64,000 nucleotides of DNA from a virus, in IMG/VR virus record IMGVR_UViG_3300023284_001411, positions 1-64,000 of that record; one strand, given 5' to 3'. The notes under the pieces are model-generated. The model was not told where the DNA came from, ran no database searches, and worked only from the letters and a program-made list of their open reading frames with translations. Shown here one piece after another: positions 18,342 through 27,354 of the stretch. Numbering within the stretch: position 1 is the stretch's first letter; each line of letters opens with the position of its first letter. The position numbers were made by a program, and so were the translations under genes.

Positions 18342-19205
18342 TCATGAACAAAGAAACTCCATCATCGGCCGTACCCACGGCCCTCTCTGCTTGTGTATCG
18401 CGTAAGCATCGATAAAATCAGATGTCACTTGTACACCCGCCTGCCGCACGTAGCGGAGCGGGTCGACGTAGATGCGGATGGTGAACAGTATCGCGCCGGT
18501 CTCCGGCAAGCGGCGAACGGTCTGCCGCTCCGAGCGGACGTAGAGAAGATCCCCGGCGTTGTGCTTGTCGAGCCCGGCCCGGTCCTCCAGGGTCGTCCGC
18601 TCGTACAGACGGTTCGGGAAGTCGTGGCGCAGATGCGGGCAGGCGTAAACGAACCAGTTCGCCCGGCACATGATCTGCCCCGGCTCGAGCTTCGCCAGCT
18701 TCTTCGCGATGCCGCGCTGGAACTTCTCGGTCGAGATGTCCTTATGGACACCGACGGTGTCCTCCCCCATCTTCTCGTCCAGGGTCCAGCTCGTAGGGAA
18801 GCAGACCGATGCCGCGACGAGCTTGTCATCCTGCATGATGCAGAGGTCATCCTGGACGGCGGCCGAGATGCCGCGGAGACGTTCATGGTAGACCGCGCCC
18901 CAGTAGAAATCTCCATCGGGAAATTGTTCGCAGAGGTAACTTGATATTAGACTCCAGACCTCCATCTGCTCTTCGTCCGTGTCTGGCATCGCCCGAAAAC
19001 AATCATCCGGCCCCGGTCCCATGAGATACCGCTGTTTGAGCTCGAGCTGGATCTCCTGGTCCTCGTCGAAGGACAGCCAGGGCTCGTCCGCCGGCAAGGG
19101 CTCCAGGTCGAGCCGCGGTCCGCCCCGGCCGGTAGCCCAGGGCACGTGGGCGAGCTTCGTCCGCCGCGTGGCGAGTGTGTTGAGGGTGTCGGTGGAGATG
19201 GCCAT
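18342..19205 (-). CDS. DUF3445 / heme-dependent oxidative N-demethylase alpha-subunit-like protein
   Basis: VQDDLCIM, AASVCFPTSWTLDEKMG, RANWF and RSERQTVRRLPETGAILFTIRIYVDPL signature motifs; start re-called at MAISTDT. Confidence 0.8.
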   Translation of the reverse strand: MAISTDTLNTLATRRTKLAHVPWATGRGGPRLDLEPLPADEPWLSFDEDQEIQLELKQRYLMGPGPDDCFRAMPDTDEEQMEVWSLISSYLCEQFPDGDFYWGAVYHERLRGISAAVQDDLCIMQDDKLVAASVCFPTSWTLDEKMGEDTVGVHKDISTEKFQRGIAKKLAKLEPGQIMCRANWFVYACPHLRHDFPNRLYERTTLEDRAGLDKHNAGDLLYVRSERQTVRRLPETGAILFTIRIYVDPLRYVRQAGVQVTSDFIDAYAIHKQRGPWVRPMMEFLCS

Positions 19206-19405
19206 CAGTCCCACTCCTCGTCGTCCGCCGCCGCGGCGGCTATGGAGGCTATCAAGATGCGTTCCCGTTCCGACAAGGAGGACCAGTCTTTCTCGACCCA
19301 AAACGGCACATGGTTTCGCCAGTCGTGAACTTTCTCCGTTCTGCTGAATGTGTCATCTGACAGGTCGCCAGGACACAAGTCCTCTTTGAGTTTTTGAAGG
19401 TTCAT
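19205..19405 (-). CDS. Small hypothetical phage protein (VHDWRNHV...EEWD)
   Basis: Start re-called at MNLQKLK; AGGAGG SD; coupled stop/start. Confidence 0.55.
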   Translation of the reverse strand: MNLQKLKEDLCPGDLSDDTFSRTEKVHDWRNHVPFWVEKDWSSLSERERILIASIAAAAADDEEWD

Positions 19406-19628
19406 GAGTCCTCCTGCTGCTCGGCCTCGATCTCGCGCTCTCGGTCGAGTTGGTCGGCGCGCTCGCGGCGCATCTTCTGAGTCATCACCCGCCCGTCCTT
19501 CGCGTCGAGGGCGGCGTTCCATGCGCTGGCCATCTGATCCCGGAGAGGCCACTCGGGGCGTATCGGCGCCCATCTGGCAAGAAATGCCTCGAAGGCCTCG
19601 CTGTTGGTGAGAATTCCGTTGTATAGGC

Positions 19629-20198
19629 TCATGGCATCTCCTCGATGTTCTCGGTGAAGCCGCAACGCTTGTCGCCGTCCACGGCGATGGAGCCGCAGGC
19701 ACATTCTACGTAGTCGTGTGTATGGTGCGACTCGACTACCGTCCCACACTTCCGGCAGCGGGCGCGGTTTCGCCTTACTTCGTTATCGCCTTCACGTACT
19801 TGGCAGGTATCGCTACCAAGTCCCCATCCCTCGCCCGGATCCAAAGTGTTTGGTTCTGGTCTCTCCACGCCTCCACCACTACACTTGGTGTCTGCGGGAT
19901 TGGAAACCTCATCGTCTTCACGTGGTCTGAATTCTTCACGAAGCTTCTCCCGTGTTCTTTGAACGTGGAGCTTCTCCCAATGTTGATTGCATAAAAATTG
20001 AAGAGCCTGCAGTGAACATCGAGGACAGGTTTTTACTGTTCCTGGTCGTTCTGTGTTTCCATCCGCGCAGAAGTGCGTGGGCCTCTGCCGCTTGCCGACA
20101 GCCCGATCCCAGTCCTCGTCGGGGATCTCAGCCTTGCCGCCGCCAGAGATGATCTTCCCCTCCTCGTAGGGAGGCCGTTCGGACTCCCACTTACCCAT
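19629..20198 (-). CDS. Cys-rich hypothetical protein with C-terminal zinc-ribbon
   Basis: RARCRKCGTVVESHHTHDYVECACGSIAVDG; start re-called at MGKWESE. Confidence 0.55.
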   Translation of the reverse strand: MGKWESERPPYEEGKIISGGGKAEIPDEDWDRAVGKRQRPTHFCADGNTERPGTVKTCPRCSLQALQFLCNQHWEKLHVQRTREKLREEFRPREDDEVSNPADTKCSGGGVERPEPNTLDPGEGWGLGSDTCQVREGDNEVRRNRARCRKCGTVVESHHTHDYVECACGSIAVDGDKRCGFTENIEEMP

Positions 20199-20586
20199 CG
20201 TCACCTCCAATACAGGTAAGCTTGACGGTGTAGGGGCAAGCTGTGTTTGGGCAAGCGTAATTGGTCGCCTGGGAAAGGTCGATGCCGCAGACGCGGCAAC
20301 TGGTGTCGGAGATCTGGGGCCAGGTCGGAAGGGGTATGGCCGGACCCGGCCAGGGCGGTTGCACGGGCGGGGGCGGGGGCCACCGCTTGAGGACCTCCTC
20401 CACGGTGAGCTTTACCACCAGGTCGACCAGCTCCCGGAGGACCATCCGGGAAGCCTGTTCCCCAAACCCTTCCTTAGCCAGGGCTTGGGTCTTTTCTACC
20501 AGATTATGCATGCATTCGGTACAGAGTTCGAGGCGGTCGCTATCCTTTGCCTCCCACAGACGCCCACACTGGGCACACATCCTCAT
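20191..20586 (-). CDS. Hypothetical protein with two CxxC pairs
   Basis: CAQC..CTEC and CRVC..CPNTAC joined by a Pro-rich linker. Confidence 0.55.
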   Translation of the reverse strand: MRMCAQCGRLWEAKDSDRLELCTECMHNLVEKTQALAKEGFGEQASRMVLRELVDLVVKLTVEEVLKRWPPPPPVQPPWPGPAIPLPTWPQISDTSCRVCGIDLSQATNYACPNTACPYTVKLTCIGGDDG

Positions 20587-20840
20587 GGTTTGTCCTTCGT
20601 CTCGAGGTGGCCACAGTCACAGCATAAGACGCCGTGGCTGGACCAGTTAAGATTCGCGCTGAGACATTTACAGCAAAGCTTTATCTTACAGGCGGAGTCC
20701 TTGAAAAGTCCAGTGGGATTTTTTATGAATCCTCCAGTCCGCGGCTTGCGGAGGGCACAGTCTTCCGTATGGAAGGACAGGGGCAGGGTAGGATCACTGA
20801 GGAGACAGCGACAGGAGCACGTTTCATCCGGGTTTGCCAT
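20583..20840 (-). CDS. Cys-rich hypothetical protein with CxCRCLLxDP motif
   Basis: MANPDETCSCRCLLSDPTLPLSFHTEDCA. Confidence 0.55.
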   Translation of the reverse strand: MANPDETCSCRCLLSDPTLPLSFHTEDCALRKPRTGGFIKNPTGLFKDSACKIKLCCKCLSANLNWSSHGVLCCDCGHLETKDKP

Positions 20841-20971
20841 GGCGTAGGAGGAACTCCACAAGCTTGAATTTCCTTTTCTCCTTCGCCGGGGTCCTGGCGT
20901 ATTCGCTCTTGAGCTTCCGCCAGAGGTTCTTCGACATCTTTAGATTATACCGCGAAACGAGGTCTTGTAGT

Positions 20972-21292
20972 CTACGAACTGCTGAGCCACTCATCGACAT
21001 CCTCCCTAAGAGCCATCCTTTCCAGGACTTGTGCCCTTTTGGCCGTTGAATCTGCCCTTCGTCGATAGTTGAGGGCACACAACAAAAGGTCCTCTCGCTT
21101 TGCGGCAAGCCAAAAACCATCCTGGTCAGAAACGACAGGATGCTCTTTAAAAACCAGGTCACCCAATACCTTTCGTGTCGGCTGTTCGGTCTTCTCCCTG
21201 GGCATGCCTGCTTTCTCGGCTATCACATCAGCTTTTTGCTTCACTTGGTTAAGGACACAGAGCACTCGTAATTCTCGATGAGTCAGGTTCAT
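20972..21292 (-). CDS. Putative winged-HTH protein
   Basis: MNLTHRELRVL...ADVIAEKAGM...RKVLGDL...PVVSDQDGFWLA pattern. Confidence 0.5.
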   Translation of the reverse strand: MNLTHRELRVLCVLNQVKQKADVIAEKAGMPREKTEQPTRKVLGDLVFKEHPVVSDQDGFWLAAKREDLLLCALNYRRRADSTAKRAQVLERMALREDVDEWLSSS

Positions 21293-21359
21293 GCGAACAC
21301 CACAATATAGGACAGGACGAAGCCGCTCAGGGCAGCCAAAAGGAACAGGGTCCAGCGGC

Positions 21360-21782
21360 TCATAGCCCCACCTCCTCCAGGTCCCGGACCAGCTCTCGCA
21401 TGTCCGCTCGGAAGTCGGCGGGGGACACCTTGTAAGGTGTCACCTTACGATCGAGATCACATTCATCGTTCTCGTTCAAATGGCCTTCTATCTCCAGCTC
21501 TTCCAAGGCTTCACCGACCTCGCCCGACCGCAAAGCGTCCAAGGCCCAGAGCGCGCTTCGAACCTCCCGGTCGAAATCTCCCGGAAGCCATGTCTCATTC
21601 TTTGCCAAGCCAAGGCTTTTGGCCATAACGGCACCGGCAAAACAAACCCTACAAGTCCGACCCCCGGAGTGAAAACGTTTCATGTCTACTGTGTAGCCCT
21701 TGCTCCTCTCGACCCTGTTCAAGTCAGAGAGGGCCAACTTCACCAAGGCCGAGGGCTTCTTAGGTAACTTCGTCAGTGTCAT
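21360..21782 (-). CDS. Hypothetical phage protein
   Basis: 140 aa; CRVCFAGAVM motif; GGAAG SD. Confidence 0.6.
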   Translation of the reverse strand: MTLTKLPKKPSALVKLALSDLNRVERSKGYTVDMKRFHSGGRTCRVCFAGAVMAKSLGLAKNETWLPGDFDREVRSALWALDALRSGEVGEALEELEIEGHLNENDECDLDRKVTPYKVSPADFRADMRELVRDLEEVGL

Positions 21783-22148
21783 CTTCTTCCTCCGTGGGTG
21801 TAGGGATGTGTATAATACTATCGAGCTCTTTCAGCATGTCATGCATCAAGCCCAGGCAAGTGTGATGTCCTCCATGGTTGTAATACTCAACGCTATCGCT
21901 CGCCTTGTCGTGCGTCCGCAGGGTAGTCATGATCACAGCGTCGAACCGCTTGGCAATCACCGCGAACAGGTCGTCATTCGACAGCTCATCGAGGACCACG
22001 GTCCCGTCGCCAACGACGCAGGTCGTGAGGAAGGTGGCGATGGCATGTAGTCTCTGTACTGTCGTATTTGTAAATCTGTCCAGAGTGGCCAAGCCAGCAA
22101 GCCATGTGGCCTCCGCCGCTGGGTCAAACTTCTTGGGCATTGGGCCGT

Positions 22149-22529
22149 TCACCATGCCTCCAAATTCTCCCACCCTCGCGGGCGCGTGGTGTAGTGAAAG
22201 AAGGGCCGGCCGCAGTAGCGGACGGCCAGGTAGTACGCCCGAGCGATCGAGTAGCCCAGCCAGTGACGACCCCAGAGCATGTGCCGGCGAACGTCTTCCT
22301 GCATGGCGATGAGGAACTTCTTGTCGCAACGCTTCCGCTCTGCCTCGTCCCCGCCCCGCCAGTAGCCGAAGTCGTGGTGATTGCAATCGGCCACGAACAT
22401 AAAGTTCGGGGGCTTGACCCAACCGCCCTTCCCGCCGCAGCCATTGGCGATGTGCTTCTGCTGACGCCACGTGAGATTGAGCCAGGTGAACTTCGTCTGC
22501 TTCTGTCCGTCTTTTACTTCGATAGGCAT
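22149..22529 (-). CDS. Prokaryotic phospholipase A2-like protein
   Basis: NGCG...CNHHDFGYWRGG...RKRCDKKF...YYLAVRYCG; start re-called at MPIEVKD. Confidence 0.55.
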   Translation of the reverse strand: MPIEVKDGQKQTKFTWLNLTWRQQKHIANGCGGKGGWVKPPNFMFVADCNHHDFGYWRGGDEAERKRCDKKFLIAMQEDVRRHMLWGRHWLGYSIARAYYLAVRYCGRPFFHYTTRPRGWENLEAW

Positions 22530-22873
22530 TAGCGATCGTCTCCTGATCCGTGAACAGTGCCGCGCTCCTGCCGGCCCTGGATCTTCTCGATGTTCAAAGT
22601 GGCCACGGTCGAAAAAGGGTAACCCAACATCGTCGCGATACCCGCTACATACCAAAGGACGTCGCCCAGTTCCTTCAGGAGATCCACTCGATCGACAGCG
22701 GGAATGTCATCCCAGCGGAAAACGCCCTGGTCCCGCATCAGCTTGCCAATCTTCTCGGCGACCTCGCCCGCCTCGCCCGCAAGCTTCAGTGGGAGGTAGG
22801 CCGTCTCGTCCATCATGGCAGCGCCCTTGGCGTGTTTGAAAGCTTCAGTTTGGTAGGTGTCGAAGTGTTGCAT
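22529..22873 (-). CDS. mazG: MazG-like nucleotide pyrophosphohydrolase
   Basis: LAGEAGEVAEKIGK, KELGDVLWYVA and NIEKIQGRQERGTVHGSGDDR; start MQHFDTYQ. Confidence 0.88.
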   Translation of the reverse strand: MQHFDTYQTEAFKHAKGAAMMDETAYLPLKLAGEAGEVAEKIGKLMRDQGVFRWDDIPAVDRVDLLKELGDVLWYVAGIATMLGYPFSTVATLNIEKIQGRQERGTVHGSGDDR

Positions 22874-23197
22874 TTTATTTAATCCCATTCTCCCCGGCAG
22901 ATGAAGAACACAACGACACCCAGCCATAGCAAGGCGCCCATGAGCAACCACCATGACCATTTGTCTTCCTTAGAAACGGTCACTCACGTCCTCCCAGTGT
23001 ATACACGTGCCCTCATAGTGGTCACAGCCCACCTCGCGACAGATCGCACAGTCGGCCTCGTTTGTCACTTGGCATTCGCTCAGGACCGGAATGACACTGG
23101 CCACGGAGAACATTACCAGACCAGCAAGACATACGCCGCCCAAGAACATCAGGATCCCGAACATATATCTCATGTTTTTCCTCCTTCGGGAAAACAC

Positions 23198-23227
23198 CTA
23201 TCGTACCACGTCCTGGCCGAGGGTCAA
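23198..23227 (-). promoter_or_regulatory. Sigma70-like promoter (TTGACC-N16-TACGAT, extended -10 GTGG)
   Basis: Read on the minus strand; about 25 nt upstream of an ATG (23173) with AAGGAGG SD. Confidence 0.55.
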
Positions 23228-23231
23228 GGTA

Positions 23232-23330
23232 GAAAAACCCCCCGGAGGTCTCGGCGAGAACTTATTCATTTGAGGAATTAGCCTCCCGACTAACCGGATG
23301 AGCAAGCCCTTGATCGCTGCTCCGGGGGTT
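23232..23330 (-). ncRNA. Candidate structured small RNA or complex terminator
   Basis: Closing stem CCCCCGGAG/CTCCGGGGG, inner stem AGGGCTTGCTCAT/ATGAATAAGTTCT, two apical hairpins, 3' T-tract; intergenic. Confidence 0.45.
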
Positions 23331-24213
23331 GTCACAAAGTCTCAAGTCTATCAGCAACTCTCGTACCTGATCCAGACGTGGGGATTATCGTCCCATTTAT
23401 TCGCCGAACAGGGCTCCCGCTCGGAACAGCAGAGGCATCGGCCGCAGGCCGAACAGCAGTCCCATAGGTGCTGGGGCTCCGGGGCGTCCTCAAACCGGAG
23501 GAACTGTCCGTCGCTTTTACGATGAACCTGGCGGGTCATAGGGTAACGGGACCTCGTTCCTTTCGCCAATATTGTTTCTCAAGACTCCGAACCGTCTTTT
23601 GGGGTTCGTTAAGGGCCGGGCGCGCCGCGGCGCGCTTGAGATTATCCAGCTCCTTTCTATGGACACCAAGCACCTTGTTCACTCGGGCAGTGATCTCGGT
23701 TAATCGCCAAACAGTGTATGCGGCAAGGACCAGGACCAGAACGAAAGTAAATTCAACCATCAACTTCTCTTTATTACATCTTTAGGCACAACCACGGCTC
23801 GCTCCTCGAGCGGCGGCGGCAAAAGATCGGGGTCTCGACATTTGGCACAAAGCCAGCAACTACGGATCCACAACGCCGGGCCGACGGACCGGCACCGTGA
23901 ACAGGCGACGACGATCGGCGGCTCTTTGGCTTTCTTCTTCATGGTACGTTGAACACACCACACATTCTGATGACACGGCCCTGATTGCGAAGGACATTGA
24001 GCGCATAGCTCGCAACCATCCGCGAGCGTTCGCACGCGGAGCAGTCCTCGGCTACTTCCTCCACGTTATAGGCCCACGGAGACCCCTTCTTCAGAAAGGC
24101 GAAGACGGCATTCGGCAAGGCATCAGGGTCGCCGGGCACCCGAAGCATCATGCCCCGGTCCCACTTGACCCGTCGTCGCCCGCCCTTGTCGTGGTTCCGT
24201 GTCCGGGAGCCCA

Positions 24214-24537
24214 TTACTTACCCAGGACAGAGTCACGAACCTCGTTGGTCACATCAATTGCCAATTTGGTAGCCCCTGCGTCATCAATGAGTTTGGCCCA
24301 GATGTAGTCGACGTCGATGATTGTATAGGTAACGCCGTCGATCGTATGCTCAACGCCGTCCCAACCGGTTAGCAGGACCTTAGCCTCAAGTCCAATTTGG
24401 ATGACGTTCGGCCCGATGGCGACGACCGTTCCGACGGGATCAAACTTCGGCTTTTCGTCCGCTTCCTTTTCCTCGAGCGTCAGGGGCAGAGCGATTCTCT
24501 CAACGACGATGAATTTTCCGAGCGGTTCGAGCTTCAT
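24214..24537 (-). CDS. groES: GroES-like co-chaperonin
   Basis: MKLEPLGKFIVVE...GTVVAIGP...GVEHTIDGVTYTIIDVDYIWAKL. Confidence 0.8.
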   Translation of the reverse strand: MKLEPLGKFIVVERIALPLTLEEKEADEKPKFDPVGTVVAIGPNVIQIGLEAKVLLTGWDGVEHTIDGVTYTIIDVDYIWAKLIDDAGATKLAIDVTNEVRDSVLGK

Positions 24538-24572
24538 AAGGGTCTCCTGGGGGTTAGGAAAAAGTTCAACCT

Positions 24573-25064
24573 CTATCCTACCACATGACCCCAGATTTCT
24601 CTTCGAATAATTTTGCTAATAACGGTTTGATCAACATCCCAGATTTCAGCAATCTGGGGAGAAGACAATCCACGTTTCATAAGAGGATCTCTTCTTGAAT
24701 ACAACCTCCGAATCACCCTAACATCCATAGGAGACAACTTTGACCTATGATGATTTGTCCCATTTACCCTTTTGCCTCTTCCTTTTTGTTCACGATCTCT
24801 CGCGTTATCACCATGAGTGCCAATAAAAAGATGATCCGGCCTTACGCATGGAGGATTGTCACAATGATGACAGACGCACAACTCATCAGGAATAGTCCCG
24901 TAATGAAGGATCCAAGAAAGGCGATGTGCATGAATCATTTGTGATCGAAACCCCCGTATCCTCCCGTACCCATCTCTGCCTCGCCAACCTACGAACTCCC
25001 AGCACTCTCCAGCTTTACGGACCTTCTCCCAAAAACGTTTTTCTAACAGAACTCTTCTACCCAT
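24573..25064 (-). CDS. HNH homing endonuclease
   Basis: RFWEKV, CWEF.G, HAHRLSW and VCHHCDNPPCVRPDHLFIGTHGDN; visibly AT-richer than flanks. Confidence 0.9.
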   Translation of the reverse strand: MGRRVLLEKRFWEKVRKAGECWEFVGWRGRDGYGRIRGFRSQMIHAHRLSWILHYGTIPDELCVCHHCDNPPCVRPDHLFIGTHGDNARDREQKGRGKRVNGTNHHRSKLSPMDVRVIRRLYSRRDPLMKRGLSSPQIAEIWDVDQTVISKIIRREIWGHVVG

Positions 25065-25438
25065 TTTCTAACCTCCTTATTTGAGCTCTGAAAACGGGAC
25101 GGATGAGGTATAACCAAGCAATCCACGTTCCCGCACGTGACCCGGTCCAGGGGCTTGGGGTCAGCGTAGAAGGCCGCGGCCACGAGCCCGCCCATGAGGA
25201 TCAGGCGGTCGCCGGTCCTTCGGCAGTAGTCCATGAGCTCGTACGCCGTGCCGGCGGCCCGCGGGGCGTCCCAACCCTCCCCGGGCTCAAGGAGATTGAC
25301 GAAGGTGTACCGGTCCAGGTCCCCGACCATGGCCGTCAGCTGGTCCCGGGCCTTGCCCTCGGGAATGGCCGAGTAAAACGGGCTCAGCTTGTGGATGATG
25401 CTGGACGACTGGACGCGCTCACCGACGAGGTAGATCAC
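25043..25438 (-). CDS. Uracil-DNA-glycosylase-fold (UDG-like) small protein
   Basis: GTG start overlaps the Ro60 stop (GTGA); motifs IYLVGER, FVNLL, LILMGGLVAAAF and VIPHPS. Confidence 0.55.
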   Translation of the reverse strand: MIYLVGERVQSSSIIHKLSPFYSAIPEGKARDQLTAMVGDLDRYTFVNLLEPGEGWDAPRAAGTAYELMDYCRRTGDRLILMGGLVAAAFYADPKPLDRVTCGNVDCLVIPHPSRFQSSNKEVRKWVEEFC

Positions 25439-26958
25439 CCCGTCACGAACTCCCGCAGCACGGACGGCACCGAAGGATCGAAGCCCACGACGTCCAGCAT
25501 CCCCGGGTCGTTGGGGTCGGCGATGGAGAAGTTGTTCGCCAACATGGACACGACGATCAGTTTCGCGTTGGGATTGAGCTTTCGGCGGTACTTGTCGAGC
25601 GCGGCCTTCGGGTGAATGCCGCCGGCCCATGTCTGGTTGTCCGTGTAGACCACGAAGGCATCGACCTCGATGTTCTTGCGGAGCGCATAGGTCATCGGCT
25701 GCGCGCAGTCCGTCCCGCCGAAGGGAAGTTTCGACGTCTTCCGCAGGACCTCGGTATAGGTCATGTCCCGAGTCACCGAGAGCGGTGAGAATATGTGGGT
25801 GAACGCCATGGGCACGCACAGCGGCTCAGTCCTCATAGTCACCAGGAGCATGGCCGCCGCGGCCTCTCGGCAAGTGACCCCGACGACGCCGGCACAGTCG
25901 GCCCAGGTCATGGAGCCCGAGACGTCCAGGCCCAGGAGGAAGCGCTTCCCGGACGGCTTTACCTGGTCGAAGGACAGGCTGAAGGCCTCCTCGACCGCGG
26001 CCGAGATACCCGCGTCCACTTCCCATTTGAGGCTACCTCGCACGCCCTTTCCCTGCTTGTAGGTCTTGAGGGCCGAGAGCAGCTGGATCGGGTGAATACG
26101 GGACCTCTTGATCAGTACCGTGTCCGTCAGCCGGTTTTCGACGATCTTGTTCGCGTCCCAGCGTCCAGGACCCAGGACCTCCCGCGCCGAGAGCGCGCCG
26201 AGGTGCTTGAGGGTCGCCTGGTAGGGCATGAAAGGCAAGAGGGCCTGCCAAACGTCCGTCCGCTTCTTGAGCTCAGGGGTCAGCATCTCATGGGAGATGC
26301 GGCCCGACTCCTTGATCAGCTGGATACACTCGTCGAGGCCCAGCCCTTCGAAGGGGTCGTTCCGTCCCTGGACAATGGCCCGAAAGAGGTGGTTGAGGCG
26401 CCCATTCTTCGGGTGCGTTAGCCGCAGGAGGTCGCGATGTGACCAGCCCTCGCGCTGGATGTATTTCAAGCGCTGATAGTCGACATTCTCCGTGGTTTTC
26501 GACAGATACCAGCCCCGGATCATGCGCCGCGGCCGGCGTCCCCAGCCGCGGAGCTCATTGACGTAGTGGGCGAAGCGGAAGAGGTGAAAGCCCGTGCGGA
26601 CGGTGTTGTTGAAACGGTTTTCAACTATTCGCGCCGCCCGAGGGCTCAACGTACAGAGGGCCAGGGACAGCATGACCGGGTCCGGGCGCGCTGCACGGCC
26701 CTGGTTCCAGATGTCGCAGATCTCCTCCGCTGTTCGCTCAGGATCCTCGGCGAGGCACTCGTGGATCGCCTTCAGGTTCTCGCGAACGAGCGGCCCTTCC
26801 TTGGTGTAGTACGTCCCTCCCTCAGCGCCCAGGATCAAGAACCGGCGGAGCCGTTCGAACGGGTCGACGGTAAAAGAGAACCCTCCCGCGCTGTTTTCAA
26901 CTTGACCCGGGAGGGCCTCACTCTGGGGCGTGTCGAGGTGAGTGGCGTAATCCATCAT
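25435..26958 (-). CDS. rsr: Ro60 / TROVE-domain RNA-binding protein (Rsr-like) with C-terminal vWA domain
   Basis: QVENSAGGFSF, RLRRFLILGAEGGTYY, RGWGR, KYIQREGWSHRDLLRLTHPK, RIHPIQLL, vWA MIDAS DVSGSM, GGTDCAQPM, YTDNQTWAG and MLDVVGFD. Confidence 0.95.
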   Translation of the reverse strand: MMDYATHLDTPQSEALPGQVENSAGGFSFTVDPFERLRRFLILGAEGGTYYTKEGPLVRENLKAIHECLAEDPERTAEEICDIWNQGRAARPDPVMLSLALCTLSPRAARIVENRFNNTVRTGFHLFRFAHYVNELRGWGRRPRRMIRGWYLSKTTENVDYQRLKYIQREGWSHRDLLRLTHPKNGRLNHLFRAIVQGRNDPFEGLGLDECIQLIKESGRISHEMLTPELKKRTDVWQALLPFMPYQATLKHLGALSAREVLGPGRWDANKIVENRLTDTVLIKRSRIHPIQLLSALKTYKQGKGVRGSLKWEVDAGISAAVEEAFSLSFDQVKPSGKRFLLGLDVSGSMTWADCAGVVGVTCREAAAAMLLVTMRTEPLCVPMAFTHIFSPLSVTRDMTYTEVLRKTSKLPFGGTDCAQPMTYALRKNIEVDAFVVYTDNQTWAGGIHPKAALDKYRRKLNPNAKLIVVSMLANNFSIADPNDPGMLDVVGFDPSVPSVLREFVTG

Positions 26959-26977
26959 CCGTCCTTTCGAGAAAAAT

Positions 26978-27110
26978 GCCGAGCAAGTTTGTGAACGCAG
27001 TTTAATAACTGGCGCTCTCGGCTGTCTGAGCTACCCCGACTCAATTGCCGGGGGCAGGTTTCGCACCTGCGACCTCCAGTTCCATGATAATCTACATTCG
27101 TCGGCTCAGC
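26978..27110 (-). ncRNA. Y RNA, YrlA-like tRNA mimic (copy 5 in transcription order, 133 nt)
   Basis: 5' GCTGAGCCGA / 3' CTTGCTCGGC terminal stem. Inside: T-arm GCAGGTGCGAAACCTGC, loop-closed acceptor stem, D-arm TAGCTCAG...AGAGC, AACTGG/CCAGTT stem. 3' T-tract. Confidence 0.85.
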
Positions 27111-27128
27111 AAAACCTATCCAAAAAGA

Positions 27129-27246
27129 ACCGAGCAAGGTGTGACCGTAGGATGTGCCTATGCCATTTGGCGACATCGCGCAAGGCAATGACGGGATTCG
27201 AACCCGCATTCTTCGTGAAAAGATAACCTACAATCGTCGGCTCGGT
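27129..27246 (-). ncRNA. Y RNA, YrlA-like tRNA mimic (copy 4, 118 nt)
   Basis: 5' ACCGAGCCGA / 3' CTTGCTCGGT. T-arm GCGGGTTCGAATCCCGT, CATTGC/GCGATG stem, D-arm GCCAAATGGCATAGGC. 3' T-tract. Confidence 0.85.
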
Positions 27247-27266
27247 GACAGTACTGCAAAACAAAA

Positions 27267-27331
27267 AGCCGAACAAGTTTGTAGCCGAGGGGGATACTTT
27301 ATGATGGTAACCCTCAGCCATCGGCTCGGCT
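27267..27331 (-). ncRNA. Minimal Y RNA (copy 3, 65 nt)
   Basis: AGCCGAGCCGA...GGTTACC...CTTGTTCGGCT followed by TTTT. Confidence 0.75.
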
Positions 27332-27354
27332 AAACAGATTGGGCTCTAAATCAA

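Noticed and set aside
26122-26139. Gapped match of array unit U6 (GA AA CG CT AC GA) to Ro60 codons ENRLTD
   Set aside because: Only 6 of 10 dinucleotides match and the next ones mismatch; a 12-base partial match is plausible by chance over both strands and eight units.
27129-27246. Apparent tRNA gene (GGTTCGAATCCC T-loop)
   Set aside because: The T-arm precedes the D-arm, there is no anticodon loop or free CCA end, and it is enclosed in a Ro-binding stem. It is a Y-RNA tRNA mimic, not a tRNA.
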